DNA of 43,540 nucleotides from an uncultured Oscillospiraceae bacterium (GTDB lineage Bacteria; Bacillota; Clostridia; Oscillospirales; Oscillospiraceae): positions 1 through 43,540 of the forward strand of contig CAYSJX010000001.1 in the NCBI GenBank assembly GCA_964431445.1. Reading direction: 5' to 3'. The notes under the pieces are model-generated. The model did not search any database. It was not told the origin of the DNA and saw only the letters and a program-made list of their open reading frames with translations. The position numbers and the translations under genes are program-made. Positions 17,801 through 26,002 of the stretch are shown in pieces. Position 1 is the stretch's first letter; the number at the start of each line of letters is the position of its first letter.

Positions 17801-20300
17801 CATTGTTCGATGTTGATATTTGCCCATTCAGATAGAGCATATTATTGATAAGCGTGTTTGTCTGATTGATAGCGTTATCAATAGATGATGTCTGCACAAG
17901 CGGTGTCGCTTTGATACCGCCTAACTGCACAAGGTTCTTCTTTGTCGTATCTATCTCTTCATCTGCCTTGTATGCCGAGTTGAAAAGTTCGTCAAAAGAC
18001 ATTGATGTATAGTCCACGGCTTGTGCTTCCTCGTTGGCTGCATCGCTATTATTACGCAATGATGCTGCGAGATTATCACGGGCTGCTGCAAGGTTCTCTG
18101 TGTCGTCCGCTGCTGCTCTGATGTAGTCAGCAAGGTCAATATCGGTAAGATACAATCCTTTCAGACCAATATCTTCAAGTGCGCTTGAAATCTTGGAAGT
18201 GAGTTCATATACGGCTTTCTGTCTGTCGCTATTGTCTATAAGACCGTCATACTCTGCGCTCAAATTGCGAATGTTGGCAATTTCGGACTCAATCATGCCG
18301 CTCACAATCTTTGATGCTTCATCAGCCTTCGCTTGAAAGTCGTTGGCGTCCCAATCATCAAATAGGCCAGTATTCTCCCATTCTGCGCTCATGAACGCCT
18401 CTTGTATAGACTTGCGCATTTTCTCCATACGGGCTTCGATGGCATCATCGTATGAGGAAATAAGGTTTGCGTTCTTACGTTCTTCTCCCTCTTCTTTGAT
18501 AAGGCGTATTGCTTCCTCTCGCTTCTCATTCAGTTGTCCAAGTTTGTCTCGCTCCTCGTCAATTTTGATGCCGTATTCCTCGTATATCTTGCAAAGTTCA
18601 TCAATCGCATCTTGATGCGTCTTGCTACGTGGGTTCGTGTTGTTGATAACTGTAAAAAGCGTGTCAACGCTTCGGGTTACTTTGTCAATACTTTCGCCCC
18701 ATTTTTCGGACGCTTCCGATATGGTGCCTTCTGCACTCTCAAAGGCATCACAAGCAGTCATAACAGCACCAGCAACGAGTGTAAGCCCCATAAGGATAAT
18801 GCCTACGGGGTTTGTCGCCCATGCAACTTTGAGAGCTTGCAGGGCTTTCGTCAAGCCATTTGTACAAAGTGTGAGCAGTGTAGTCGCTGCACCATTCGTT
18901 TTCTTGGCGATGGTGTCTTTCTGCGTTACCAGTGTGTTTACGTTCTGCGCTGCGGTCGCTGCTTTTGTTTTGGCCGTGTTCTCCACCTTGGCTGCGGCAT
19001 CAAGTCTTTCCTGTGCTGCGTGCATTTTCGTTACAAGAACGTCTTTCTCTTTTTGCAGAGTCTCTACCGTCTGATGGGCATAAAGCCCCTCCATAGCAAA
19101 GATTTCCTCCTCCTTTGCTTGCACCTCTGCTTGTGCTTTCTGGTATGCAAGTTGTGCGCTCATGCGCTTTGTTGTGGCTGCATTCGCTTCGGCTTCTGCT
19201 TCAACGGCTGCAGCCTTTGCGTTCTCTATCTTGGCTGCGAGTTCCATACGGAGTGCTTGCACCTCCTGCGCCCGGGCTGATGTAAGCGTACCTTTCGTAA
19301 CTGCTTCTTTGAGGTCTGCGTCAATTTCAACGGTCTTTTCTGCAACTACCGCCTTTAACTGGGCTATCTCGTATGCGTATGCCGAGTTGGTGTAAGCGGT
19401 AACAGCCATAAGGGTAGCCTTGTACACGCCATAGGTTGCTACCAAAGTGCCTAACGCTTCGGCAACGGTCTGATAATTCTCAACGAGTGTTGATGTAGCA
19501 GCAAGTGCATCATTGATGACTCCCTCATTTTTCTGTCCAATCTCGTTGAACATGATATCGAAAGAATCCTCAATGTTGGAGATTTGTCCCGAAATCGTTT
19601 GGCTCTGTTTCTCCATAAGACCGCCAAACATACCACCTGTATTTGTAAGGTTCTCGATGACTTTCTGAATTTCGGGGAAACCCACCTTGCCCTCTTCTAC
19701 AAGGTCTTTCACCTTGTTCTCAGCCACCCCAAACTGCTCTGACAGTTCCTTAATCAAAGGAATACCACGGCCCACAAACTGATTGAAGTCTTGCGTGTAA
19801 AGCCGCCCTTGTGTCATGGTCGTGCCATACAGATATACCAAATCACCGAGAGGGATAGAAAGTCCTGCTGCGATATCTCCCAGTCGTATCAGTGTCTCAT
19901 TCACCTTTTCGGCTTCAAGGCCATAGGCGAGGAGTTGTTTTGCTCCTCCTGCTACCTCCTGCAAGCCAAAAGGTGTTGTGGCAGCGGTTTGTACCATCTG
20001 AGCCATGAGGGCTTCTGCCTTGGTTTTTGACTGCAACATCGTTTCCATAGCGACTTGCAGTTTCTGAAACTCTCCCCGTACTTCTGCAACTTTTGTAGCA
20101 AAGCCTTGCATGGACCATGCTGCACCGAGTGAAGCAACGGCACCGCCAATACTGCTAATGGCATCGTCCATTCGTTCGCCATCGGCTTCTACATTGTCGG
20201 CAAGTTGTTTAAATGCTCGTTGTGAGTTTGCTATCTGTTGTTTGAGCTTGGAATCGTCAAGTTCGACAGAGAAACCAATTCTACCCTCGTCGTTGTTCAT
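14856..20300 (-). CDS. Tail tape measure protein, 1814 aa
   Basis: N-terminal tape-measure motif (AATTPF...LLAYG...LGDIAAG...RGIP); long Ala/Glu/Lys-rich helical body; follows the tail chaperones. Confidence 0.92.
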   Translation of the reverse strand: MNNDEGRIGFSVELDDSKLKQQIANSQRAFKQLADNVEADGERMDDAISSIGGAVASLGAAWSMQGFATKVAEVRGEFQKLQVAMETMLQSKTKAEALMAQMVQTAATTPFGLQEVAGGAKQLLAYGLEAEKVNETLIRLGDIAAGLSIPLGDLVYLYGTTMTQGRLYTQDFNQFVGRGIPLIKELSEQFGVAENKVKDLVEEGKVGFPEIQKVIENLTNTGGMFGGLMEKQSQTISGQISNIEDSFDIMFNEIGQKNEGVINDALAATSTLVENYQTVAEALGTLVATYGVYKATLMAVTAYTNSAYAYEIAQLKAVVAEKTVEIDADLKEAVTKGTLTSARAQEVQALRMELAAKIENAKAAAVEAEAEANAATTKRMSAQLAYQKAQAEVQAKEEEIFAMEGLYAHQTVETLQKEKDVLVTKMHAAQERLDAAAKVENTAKTKAATAAQNVNTLVTQKDTIAKKTNGAATTLLTLCTNGLTKALQALKVAWATNPVGIILMGLTLVAGAVMTACDAFESAEGTISEASEKWGESIDKVTRSVDTLFTVINNTNPRSKTHQDAIDELCKIYEEYGIKIDEERDKLGQLNEKREEAIRLIKEEGEERKNANLISSYDDAIEARMEKMRKSIQEAFMSAEWENTGLFDDWDANDFQAKADEASKIVSGMIESEIANIRNLSAEYDGLIDNSDRQKAVYELTSKISSALEDIGLKGLYLTDIDLADYIRAAADDTENLAAARDNLAASLRNNSDAANEEAQAVDYTSMSFDELFNSAYKADEEIDTTKKNLVQLGGIKATPLVQTSSIDNAINQTNTLINNMLYLNGQISTSNNGVLGLNYQMPKLKLGGGLGFGNNKTTLGFNTSSFTSTDNSGMTQAQNELEKRMVSAMKTRKGTADLLKEINASLQTAVSGSDDEKRLLSLQKRLTAQQKKFNEAEGKGGKKTTKSGKTESAAERAAKVQKANLEVQKLIDENQKAREQAQRDYELEQEQNSIQFEADAAAKKRRQLALDQKKEQDELQKQQNDAIKAEIQRQKQYFDAVENVKQAKNKDYVKKNFTEADIDQTEIDAIKNRFGTLNEQMMEQQKRARIDLVKEEFESMNDFLKNYGSYQQQKLAISEEYAQKIKKAETEGEKRSLEKERDSKLSSIEAQELKANIDWTTVFGEFGGMFKEVITPALEDAKKYIQTDEFKNSDQSSQKALIEAIQKMEQSLGGADKVSFKKLGTEITNYQNAMRNLKGAQDEYAAKYAILKQAQEDYAEALQNGTEEQQNAAKDAVAAAQLDADAAAKNVETMQDIADNAQQMVTDTATNLKTSMSNVVNGLQKLSSGSLSGAYEGLIQFGKGVKNIGGKLGAAFGKIADTLEDVPIVGWIVSIIDLFKDGLSVVVGGILDAVFNAISGIISDIFSGNLFRTIGESILSGIGKIFDAITFGGFSSWFGSGDSDKHLERDIERLTITNEALRTAIEELTDKMDDAPMTDAAELYSYQKKLLDESETNTQEMMSRSGAAYSNGFLGVGGKHSSNAKIGDAMSNAEWSRISKIVGKTVSGAGDFWSLTSEQMRKVATDAPDLYAKIKDLANDGYRDAGKYMDEYIDYAKQREELDEAYYEKLTSFSFDSLRDEFKNCLTDMEMSAADFTENFNKMLINSIAEALMTNKYDPMIEELYKKWGKYMENDGELSDEEIADLQKDRNDIYDAMKSDREFLNKLSTGESSQQGGTKQGFATASQESIDELNGRFTAIQMDTSSIRETLSDIQLSMSSLHLSASAIKQNTEEIRNISLLAIDHLEAISKNTHELYEMNQRLGKIEKNTRKI

Positions 20301-20569
20301 GTTACAAACACTTCTTTTTCGTTATCACTAAAGTTGTCGGGATTGTTGGCATCCAAACTCTCGTCCCATTCATCCTTTTCATCATCATAGAACGGTGTCG
20401 CTTTGGTGTAAAGCACAAGGTTCTCATGACTGATGTCGTACAGGACATATTCGGGCGTCACGTTCAAGTTCTTTGCCCAACCGAGTATCAATCCCCAAAT
20501 GCTGTCCCCACTTCCTTTGTCCGCTTTAGCAGATTTGCCGCGCTTAGGGAAGTGGTAAGCTCGAAAAAA
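20297..20569 (-). CDS. Tail assembly chaperone C-terminal (gpT-like) frame, reached by -1 frameshift
   Basis: The -1 frame is open from slippery T-TTT-TTC (20563-20569) through RAYHFPKRGKSAKADKGSGDSIWGLILGWAKNLNVTPEYVLY to the stop at 20297. The track ORF has only a TTG start. Confidence 0.75.
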   Translation of the reverse strand, partial: FFRAYHFPKRGKSAKADKGSGDSIWGLILGWAKNLNVTPEYVLYDISHENLVLYTKATPFYDDEKDEWDESLDANNPDNFSDNEKEVFVT

Positions 20570-21018
20570 TCCATTATCTGCATATTGCCTATTCGCTTGA
20601 TTACTACTTTGAGCAATGTTGCAGGAGTAACCTCCTCAAGTATCTTTTCAGCCAAATAATCCAGTTCCTCAACCTCACTCTTACTGTACACGAAACGGAA
20701 CTTGCGCCACGACCACCGCTTTGCTTGCTCAGTGTTGGCAACAGCAACTTTTCTGTGTTCTTTGATACGCTTAGCACCGAGAATGAGCGTAGCAGCTATC
20801 TTACCTATAACCGACAAATCCTTAGCGGTGCTAAGGACTTCATACAAGGCGTTCTCCGTGTCTTTTTTTACTATTGGCATAGTCGCAACAAGTTCCGACA
20901 CGAGAATGAGCGTAGCAGGGCTTGGAGGGGCAATAGGATATTCTTTGCCATCTATTGTGATGCTGTCGGATGCTCTTTCAAGAATAGCATCTGCAACTTT
21001 CTTTTCCAATGTTTCCAT
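20488..21018 (-). CDS. Tail assembly chaperone (gpG-like)
   Basis: Lies between the major tail protein and TMP; slippery heptamer near its 3' end (MDFF). Confidence 0.8.
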   Translation of the reverse strand: METLEKKVADAILERASDSITIDGKEYPIAPPSPATLILVSELVATMPIVKKDTENALYEVLSTAKDLSVIGKIAATLILGAKRIKEHRKVAVANTEQAKRWSWRKFRFVYSKSEVEELDYLAEKILEEVTPATLLKVVIKRIGNMQIMDFFELTTSLSAANLLKRTKEVGTAFGD

Positions 21019-21054
21019 ATTCGGTTTCGATTGATGTCCTATGTAATGTAATTA

Positions 21055-21122
21055 GAAGGGCAGCAGGATTCGAACCTGCACCTCACCGTTGCTGATGTGT
21101 TCTACCATTGAACTATACCCAT
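21055..21122 (-). ncRNA. tRNA-like element with a shortened anticodon arm (pseudo-tRNA)
   Basis: Minus strand ATGGGTA-TA-GTTCAATGGTAGAAC-A-CATCAGCAACGGTG-AGGT-GCAGGTTCGAATCCTGC-TGCCCTT-C. D arm and T arm are canonical; acceptor stem pairs 6 of 7; anticodon arm is 4 bp plus a 6-nt loop; no encoded CCA. Confidence 0.7.
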
Positions 21123-21150
21123 TGCGATATGAAATGAAAAGAGACTTGAT

Positions 21151-21657
21151 TTAGCTTCCGGCCTTTGTGAAGATAGAGTACCAATAACCTGCATCTCCCT
21201 TGATGATTTCAAAGTCAATGTCGGCGTAGTTACCGTCCTCCTCACTCCAACCGGGCTTGTAGGTGATGCTCGTCTTGGGGGCTTTGATACCCTTTGCTCC
21301 TACATTCTTAGGAGTAATCTTGAGCGACCAGTCACCATCGACGATGTGTGTTTTGATTTTGAAATCTCCGCTTTCGTCCGATGCGCTTTCTCCGAGACCA
21401 AGCAGGGTCAGAAGTTCCTCTGTCGGCTCTATGACACGTGTGGTAGCCTTATAGCCGCCCTCCTGCGTCTCCTTGGCTACAGTCTCACCTCCCGTTGCCT
21501 TCATTTCGAGCGACTCGCCATCTGACGGTTCCAAAGACGAAGATTTGTCTTTTATCACACCGATGTCTGTTAGCGAGGTTGCCATTGCATCGCTATCGCC
21601 AGTCTTGCCGATTTCGAACATACACTTAGACCACGCCATGATTTTCTTTTTTGCCAT
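21151..21657 (-). CDS. Major tail (tube) protein
   Basis: 168 aa, beta-rich, in the canonical position between the tail terminator and chaperones. Confidence 0.75.
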   Translation of the reverse strand: MAKKKIMAWSKCMFEIGKTGDSDAMATSLTDIGVIKDKSSSLEPSDGESLEMKATGGETVAKETQEGGYKATTRVIEPTEELLTLLGLGESASDESGDFKIKTHIVDGDWSLKITPKNVGAKGIKAPKTSITYKPGWSEEDGNYADIDFEIIKGDAGYWYSIFTKAGS

Positions 21658-21668
21658 AATGATAGAAA

Positions 21669-22082
21669 TTAAAATGTTTTACGTCTGAATTTTAATATCA
21701 CGTTGATGAAATACTGCTCAATGCCTTCAACGGGCCAGCACTTTGGAGTACTTTCTTTCTCAAAGAGATATTCGGTATCTTCCAAAGAAGCAAGAACGTT
21801 GTTGGCAACTTCCTCCAGTTGGTCAATGCGTGTGATGTCGGGGACAAGTTCGCCATCCCCGTTTGGGGACTTTCTGTTGGGAACATAGATATGGATCTGA
21901 ATATACCCCGACTGCTCTTGTCCGTCAAGTCCAGTCTTGAACATGACGACAATATCTTCAGTATTGGCATTCTTCGGACGCATACCATCACGATACACCG
22001 AACCACGGATAACGGCTTTCAACTCGCTATCACGGATGATGCGGTATATGTCCTTTTCAATTTGCTTTTCTGTCTTTTCCAT
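21669..22082 (-). CDS. Tail terminator-like protein
   Basis: 137 aa; position; GYIQIHIYVP strand pattern. Confidence 0.6.
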   Translation of the reverse strand: MEKTEKQIEKDIYRIIRDSELKAVIRGSVYRDGMRPKNANTEDIVVMFKTGLDGQEQSGYIQIHIYVPNRKSPNGDGELVPDITRIDQLEEVANNVLASLEDTEYLFEKESTPKCWPVEGIEQYFINVILKFRRKTF

Positions 22083-22531
22083 TACTTACACTTGAAACCT
22101 AATGAAGTGAGTATTTGCTTGACAAGAACGGGGGCTTTCAGTTCAGCAGACGAAAGAACGACATACCCTTTCGCTTCCACATATTCGGCATAGTTCATGC
22201 CTGCGGTAACGATAAGCACAATGCCTTTCTTGCTCGCTCTCTTGATACGGGATTGGAGATACTTCTGTCCCTCCGTAACTCCCTCATCCCCGTTCTTGAT
22301 TTTGTCCACACAGTCTGATTGGATAACTTGTCCGTTCATCAACACGGCATAGCCGATAGAACTTCTTAGGTTACCCGACTGGTCAGTATAAGTACCGCCA
22401 TTGCGTGCTTCAATAATGCACTGCTCCCCGACATAGCAGAACGTGTTCGCTATGACTTGGTATTTGGCTTGGGCTTCCGCTGTAAGATAGTCTCCTACGA
22501 CACGGATTGGTGTTGTCATTCTGCCGGGCAT
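22082..22531 (-). CDS. Neck / tail-completion protein (HK97 gp10-like)
   Basis: DQSGNLRSSIGY and AGMNYAEYVE motifs (TGxLRxSI / YAxYVE family). Confidence 0.75.
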   Translation of the reverse strand: MPGRMTTPIRVVGDYLTAEAQAKYQVIANTFCYVGEQCIIEARNGGTYTDQSGNLRSSIGYAVLMNGQVIQSDCVDKIKNGDEGVTEGQKYLQSRIKRASKKGIVLIVTAGMNYAEYVEAKGYVVLSSAELKAPVLVKQILTSLGFKCK

Positions 22532-22848
22532 TACACAATGATTTTTACTCGTTCCATGACTGTAGGGATTGGCTTACCTTGCACGGCATACTCTCCGAGT
22601 TCCACCTTAGACCTTACCAAACGCACTCTGTTGATATCAATGGGTATTTGCTCGCTCTCAACAAGTATTTCGTACGATGCTTGATTGAACTTGCCGTCCT
22701 CATATCGTCCTTTTGAGTTGTTTGTTACAGTCTTGATAAAACACGAAATGGGTGTACTCCAACTGTCGATGCCGTCTATAGGCTCTCCGTATTCGTTGAA
22801 GCCACCCTCTGAATGCGTGAGATATTGCAGAAATCCGTTAGTCCTCAT
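22531..22848 (-). CDS. Head closure / head-tail joining protein
   Basis: GFNEYGEP motif and position; ATG at 22848 (MRTNG) preferred. Confidence 0.6.
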   Translation of the reverse strand: MRTNGFLQYLTHSEGGFNEYGEPIDGIDSWSTPISCFIKTVTNNSKGRYEDGKFNQASYEILVESEQIPIDINRVRLVRSKVELGEYAVQGKPIPTVMERVKIIV

Positions 22849-22852
22849 ACTA

Positions 22853-23188
22853 TTACCATAAATCAGAACCGCTGTCAAGCGTTATCATGTCATCAACGAA
22901 CTCAGAAGCATCAAGCCCTGCTTCGCCACACCAAAAGATGATGTTGTTCTTCACTGCTGCTGCATCGACTGATGTAGAGATGCCACTTTCAGACCTGCTT
23001 GTTTCCACCCAGCCTTTGACTATTACAATGGCTTCACGGATAATAGTAGTGTCTTTGGCAGTTGCTTCTGCGTCAGCGTCAATACCTGCATTATGGAGAG
23101 CGAGTTTCAGAACATCGCTATCCACATAGCAGGTATTGCAAATGAGCTTGCACTGAGCCCGTAATGCTTCTAAGTTTGTCATTGCCAT
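22853..23188 (-). CDS. Head-tail connector (adaptor) protein
   Basis: 111 aa immediately after the capsid gene; SESGISTS motif. Confidence 0.65.
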   Translation of the reverse strand: MAMTNLEALRAQCKLICNTCYVDSDVLKLALHNAGIDADAEATAKDTTIIREAIVIVKGWVETSRSESGISTSVDAAAVKNNIIFWCGEAGLDASEFVDDMITLDSGSDLW

Positions 23189-24300
23189 TAGTAATCGGTT
23201 TTAAGAGTGTAGATGTTCTCCATTTCCGTAATTACTGGCAGCGAGAGAGACTCAGCCTTTGTGAACTCGCCTTTGTTGGCGCCCTTGGTTTCACCAACGT
23301 GCCACTGCGACACACGGATACGACCGTAATTAGAGTAAGCGACATCGCTCTCTGGGTTGAGTTCATTGTCTGAGTAAGCGTTCTTTACCGTACCGAGCTT
23401 TCCCGATGGGACGAACACGATGTTCTTTGCGTTCCACGGAGTGAGGGTCTCAAAACGATTGCCTCCCTTGTGAACACGCACCTGTCGCTTCATCTTCTCG
23501 AAGATAGGATAGCCGTTGCTCTCCATGTACTCGTTGATGTCTTTCAACTGCACAATCTTTGAGGACTTGTCAGTACCCCAAATCATCTGCTTCATCTTCT
23601 TTGAACGACACATGTACGAGATACGAGACGGAGCGCAAAGGATTTTGCCGAGGTTGGTACGGTCCTCTGCGAGGTCGAGTACTGCCTGGATGTCCTCCAT
23701 GCAATCCACGGTCTCCAAGTTGGCATCAGTCCACTTGGTTGTGGACTGCGCGATGTTGGTTGTAGGCTGATTGAAGTTGATTTCGCCACGGACACCGCCC
23801 TCTGGGTTGTTGTTCTCGTCAAATGTGAATACACCGCAATTTGAGAGAGCACTGAGGAAGATGATATCCAACTTGGCTTCTACACCGTTCACTACCCACG
23901 TAACATCGCCCCACATGAGTTTGATGAGTTCCTTCTTCTTCTGCTCGTCAGAAATGGACTTGCTGTCGAGAAGTTGCAGGATTTTGCGATAGTCCTGCAT
24001 ACTCATAGGACGAGTGATTGCGTGGTTCAGAACACGCTCCTTGACGGTGTCAAGCCCCTCTGAGCCAATTATTGGCTCTTTGGAGTGTTCACCGATGGTA
24101 GCAGCAGCGACCGTGATGTTGTACTTGCCAATGAGTTCTTCAAAGTCAAGTCCAATGGTCGGGGTGTCCCAATCCATGAACTGGCGGTAAATCACCTTGT
24201 CGAAAATCTCCTTGTTCAGCCTTGAAGCTGCATCAAAGCGAGCCTGCACGTTCCTTGTCAGTTCACCGTACAAGGAACTGAATAATACTGGTTTGGGCAT
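23188..24300 (-). CDS. Major capsid protein (lambda gpE-like)
   Basis: 370 aa; position after scaffold and decoration genes; C-terminal TKAESLSLPVI resembles capsid E family endings. Confidence 0.85.
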   Translation of the reverse strand: MPKPVLFSSLYGELTRNVQARFDAASRLNKEIFDKVIYRQFMDWDTPTIGLDFEELIGKYNITVAAATIGEHSKEPIIGSEGLDTVKERVLNHAITRPMSMQDYRKILQLLDSKSISDEQKKKELIKLMWGDVTWVVNGVEAKLDIIFLSALSNCGVFTFDENNNPEGGVRGEINFNQPTTNIAQSTTKWTDANLETVDCMEDIQAVLDLAEDRTNLGKILCAPSRISYMCRSKKMKQMIWGTDKSSKIVQLKDINEYMESNGYPIFEKMKRQVRVHKGGNRFETLTPWNAKNIVFVPSGKLGTVKNAYSDNELNPESDVAYSNYGRIRVSQWHVGETKGANKGEFTKAESLSLPVITEMENIYTLKTDY

Positions 24301-24311
24301 TGTTCAATGAT

Positions 24312-24920
24312 TTACTGTTTGATGAATAAAATGTTGTGGTTGGTAGCCATGCAAGGGCTGTTGCTTTCGAGCCAACTTGCAGGGAAAGGGGAACAGATGT
24401 CTTTCAGCACCATTGCCGACCATGCGACATCGAGAGTGCCGATACCTACCTTACGAGACTCATAGTCTGCACCGAGCACCATGTTTGCCACATGGGCAGG
24501 GGAGTAGGTCGAGCCTTCATTGTCTTTGACTGCCTCTTGGATGAAATCATCCTTGGCAAGTCCAGTGATGGCTGCTGACAACTCGATTACGTCATAGTCC
24601 GGGTTGGTGCGGTCCACGTTCTTTACGGTTACTGCTGCGTCGTCCTTGCCGACTTTCATAACCGTATCACCTGCGAAGAAGTTGTTACGCTTGCTCACGC
24701 GTGGTTTTGAAGTAGTACCACCATCCAACACCTTACCGACCTTGACAATGGCTGCTGACATAGCATCGAAATCCACAGCGACAAATGCGCCACGTTGTAC
24801 CACCTCACCGACCGGGATAGTCTGAGACGGCTGAAAGCCACCGGGGAGCATGCGCACCTCTTGTCTCCAAAAGACATCCATATTGCCGGGGATAGTCTCT
24901 CTTTCAAACTTGATTGCCAT
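24312..24920 (-). CDS. Head decoration-like protein
   Basis: 202 aa, beta-rich, between scaffold and capsid. Confidence 0.6.
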   Translation of the reverse strand: MAIKFERETIPGNMDVFWRQEVRMLPGGFQPSQTIPVGEVVQRGAFVAVDFDAMSAAIVKVGKVLDGGTTSKPRVSKRNNFFAGDTVMKVGKDDAAVTVKNVDRTNPDYDVIELSAAITGLAKDDFIQEAVKDNEGSTYSPAHVANMVLGADYESRKVGIGTLDVAWSAMVLKDICSPFPASWLESNSPCMATNHNILFIKQ

Positions 24921-24948
24921 AATCTGAAATTGTTGAAGTGAATGTTAA

Positions 24949-25524
24949 TTACAGCGATTTCGCCCACGCTTCGGCGTCATCCTTAGCTGCTTGTTCGGAT
25001 GATGAAGTGATGTCCGCTGTTTCGGCAGGCATCAGTTTCTCGGTAATAAGGTCCTGCTTGAACTCTGTCAGTTCCTTTTCCACGTCCGCATCATCAGCGA
25101 TACTGAAACGCTTCATGAGGAAAGACGGAATGCCGAGCCTTGTTGCCGTGGAGTTGATAAGAGCGGTTCTTTCTGCCTTTGACTTCTCCGATTTCAACGT
25201 AGCGTTCTCTGTTTCCAGTTCGGTCAGTTTCTTGTCGGTTGCAGTCTTGTACTTCTTGAACCATTCGGGCTCTTCGTCCACTCCGTCCTCACCGGGCTTA
25301 TCTGCAGTTGGGTCCGGTTTGGGTTTCTGCGCCTTGCGTGTCACCTCTGCTTGCATGAGCTTTGCATACGGCACCAACGAATCCGCACGTTTTTCGATGT
25401 CCTCGTCTGAGGTTTCATCAGTAATGCCCTCGCAACCCGATTTCGCCAGGTCCTCGATGGCGGTCTTAGACAATCCAAAGTCTTTGCACTTGGCTTGTAA
25501 GAAGGCTAAAAATTTCTTGTTCAT
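24949..25524 (-). CDS. Capsid scaffolding protein
   Basis: 191 aa acidic coiled coil with a Pro-rich linker (KPKPDP...EPEWFK); first gene of the head operon. Confidence 0.7.
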   Translation of the reverse strand: MNKKFLAFLQAKCKDFGLSKTAIEDLAKSGCEGITDETSDEDIEKRADSLVPYAKLMQAEVTRKAQKPKPDPTADKPGEDGVDEEPEWFKKYKTATDKKLTELETENATLKSEKSKAERTALINSTATRLGIPSFLMKRFSIADDADVEKELTEFKQDLITEKLMPAETADITSSSEQAAKDDAEAWAKSL

Positions 25525-25550
25525 AGTCTATGATATATAATAGTCGTCCG

Positions 25551-25558
25551 CAAATTTA
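25551..25558 (-). promoter_or_regulatory. Bacteroidetes -7 promoter box for the capsid/tail operon
   Basis: TAAATTTG (TAnnTTTG consensus) 26 bp upstream of the scaffold ATG; no canonical -33 TTTG at 19-21 bp. Confidence 0.6.
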
Positions 25559-25578
25559 ATGATATTTCTTCAATTAAT

Positions 25579-25593
25579 GTGCTTATTAAGCGT
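25579..25593. promoter_or_regulatory. Pseudo-palindromic operator-like site 1
   Basis: GTGCTTATTAAGCGT; 14/15 inverted match to 25747-25761. Confidence 0.5.
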
Positions 25594-25688
25594 ATTTTTT
25601 TATTTTTGCTATGCGGTTGATATAGAATAACTTATAAATCTAAGCCAAAAAATCATTATTGCTTTTATTAAAAATATGCCACTAAAAA

Positions 25689-25720
25689 CTTGCATACTTA
25701 AAATAAATGCCGTACCTTTG
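25689..25720 (+). promoter_or_regulatory. Bacteroidetes sigma-A promoter driving the plus-strand cassette
   Basis: CTTG-N20-TACCTTTG, matching the -33/-7 consensus and spacing. Confidence 0.75.
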
Positions 25721-25746
25721 CAGTACCAAAATTAAGAATTAAATAA

Positions 25747-25761
25747 ACGCTTAACAAGCAC
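25747..25761. promoter_or_regulatory. Pseudo-palindromic operator-like site 2
   Basis: ACGCTTAACAAGCAC (reverse complement GTGCTTGTTAAGCGT). Confidence 0.5.
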
Positions 25762-25777
25762 AGATAAAATTAAAACT

Positions 25778-25975
25778 ATGGTTATAATAGATGCAGCTCG
25801 CACAGCCTACAGTGCAAAAGACATTTACGGAACATTTACCGTTGCTGAACTTATCGAAGCACTCTCACAGTATGATCCAGACGAAAAGGTTATACTTAGC
25901 CATGACGGAGGATATACTTACGGTGGCATCGGTTGGAATGACGTCCATAATCATGACGAACTCGATATGGAGTAA
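25778..25975 (+). CDS. Small acidic hypothetical protein (65 aa)
   Basis: ATG after an AT-rich leader, first ORF after the promoter; TVAELIEALSQYDPDEKV pattern common in small phage proteins. Confidence 0.7.
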   Translation: MVIIDAARTAYSAKDIYGTFTVAELIEALSQYDPDEKVILSHDGGYTYGGIGWNDVHNHDELDME

Positions 25976-26002
25976 TATTAACTGACAAAACGCAATACAG
26001 AT

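Noticed and set aside
18534-19280. 248-aa plus-strand ORF and the many other antisense ORFs in the track
   Set aside because: Shadow frames of long minus-strand genes, with no recognisable motifs.
21055-21122. Functional tRNA-Cys (GCA) or tRNA-Leu (CAA), or an att site
   Set aside because: Anticodon loop is 6 nt without U33; no integrase or duplicated tRNA 3' end in the window.
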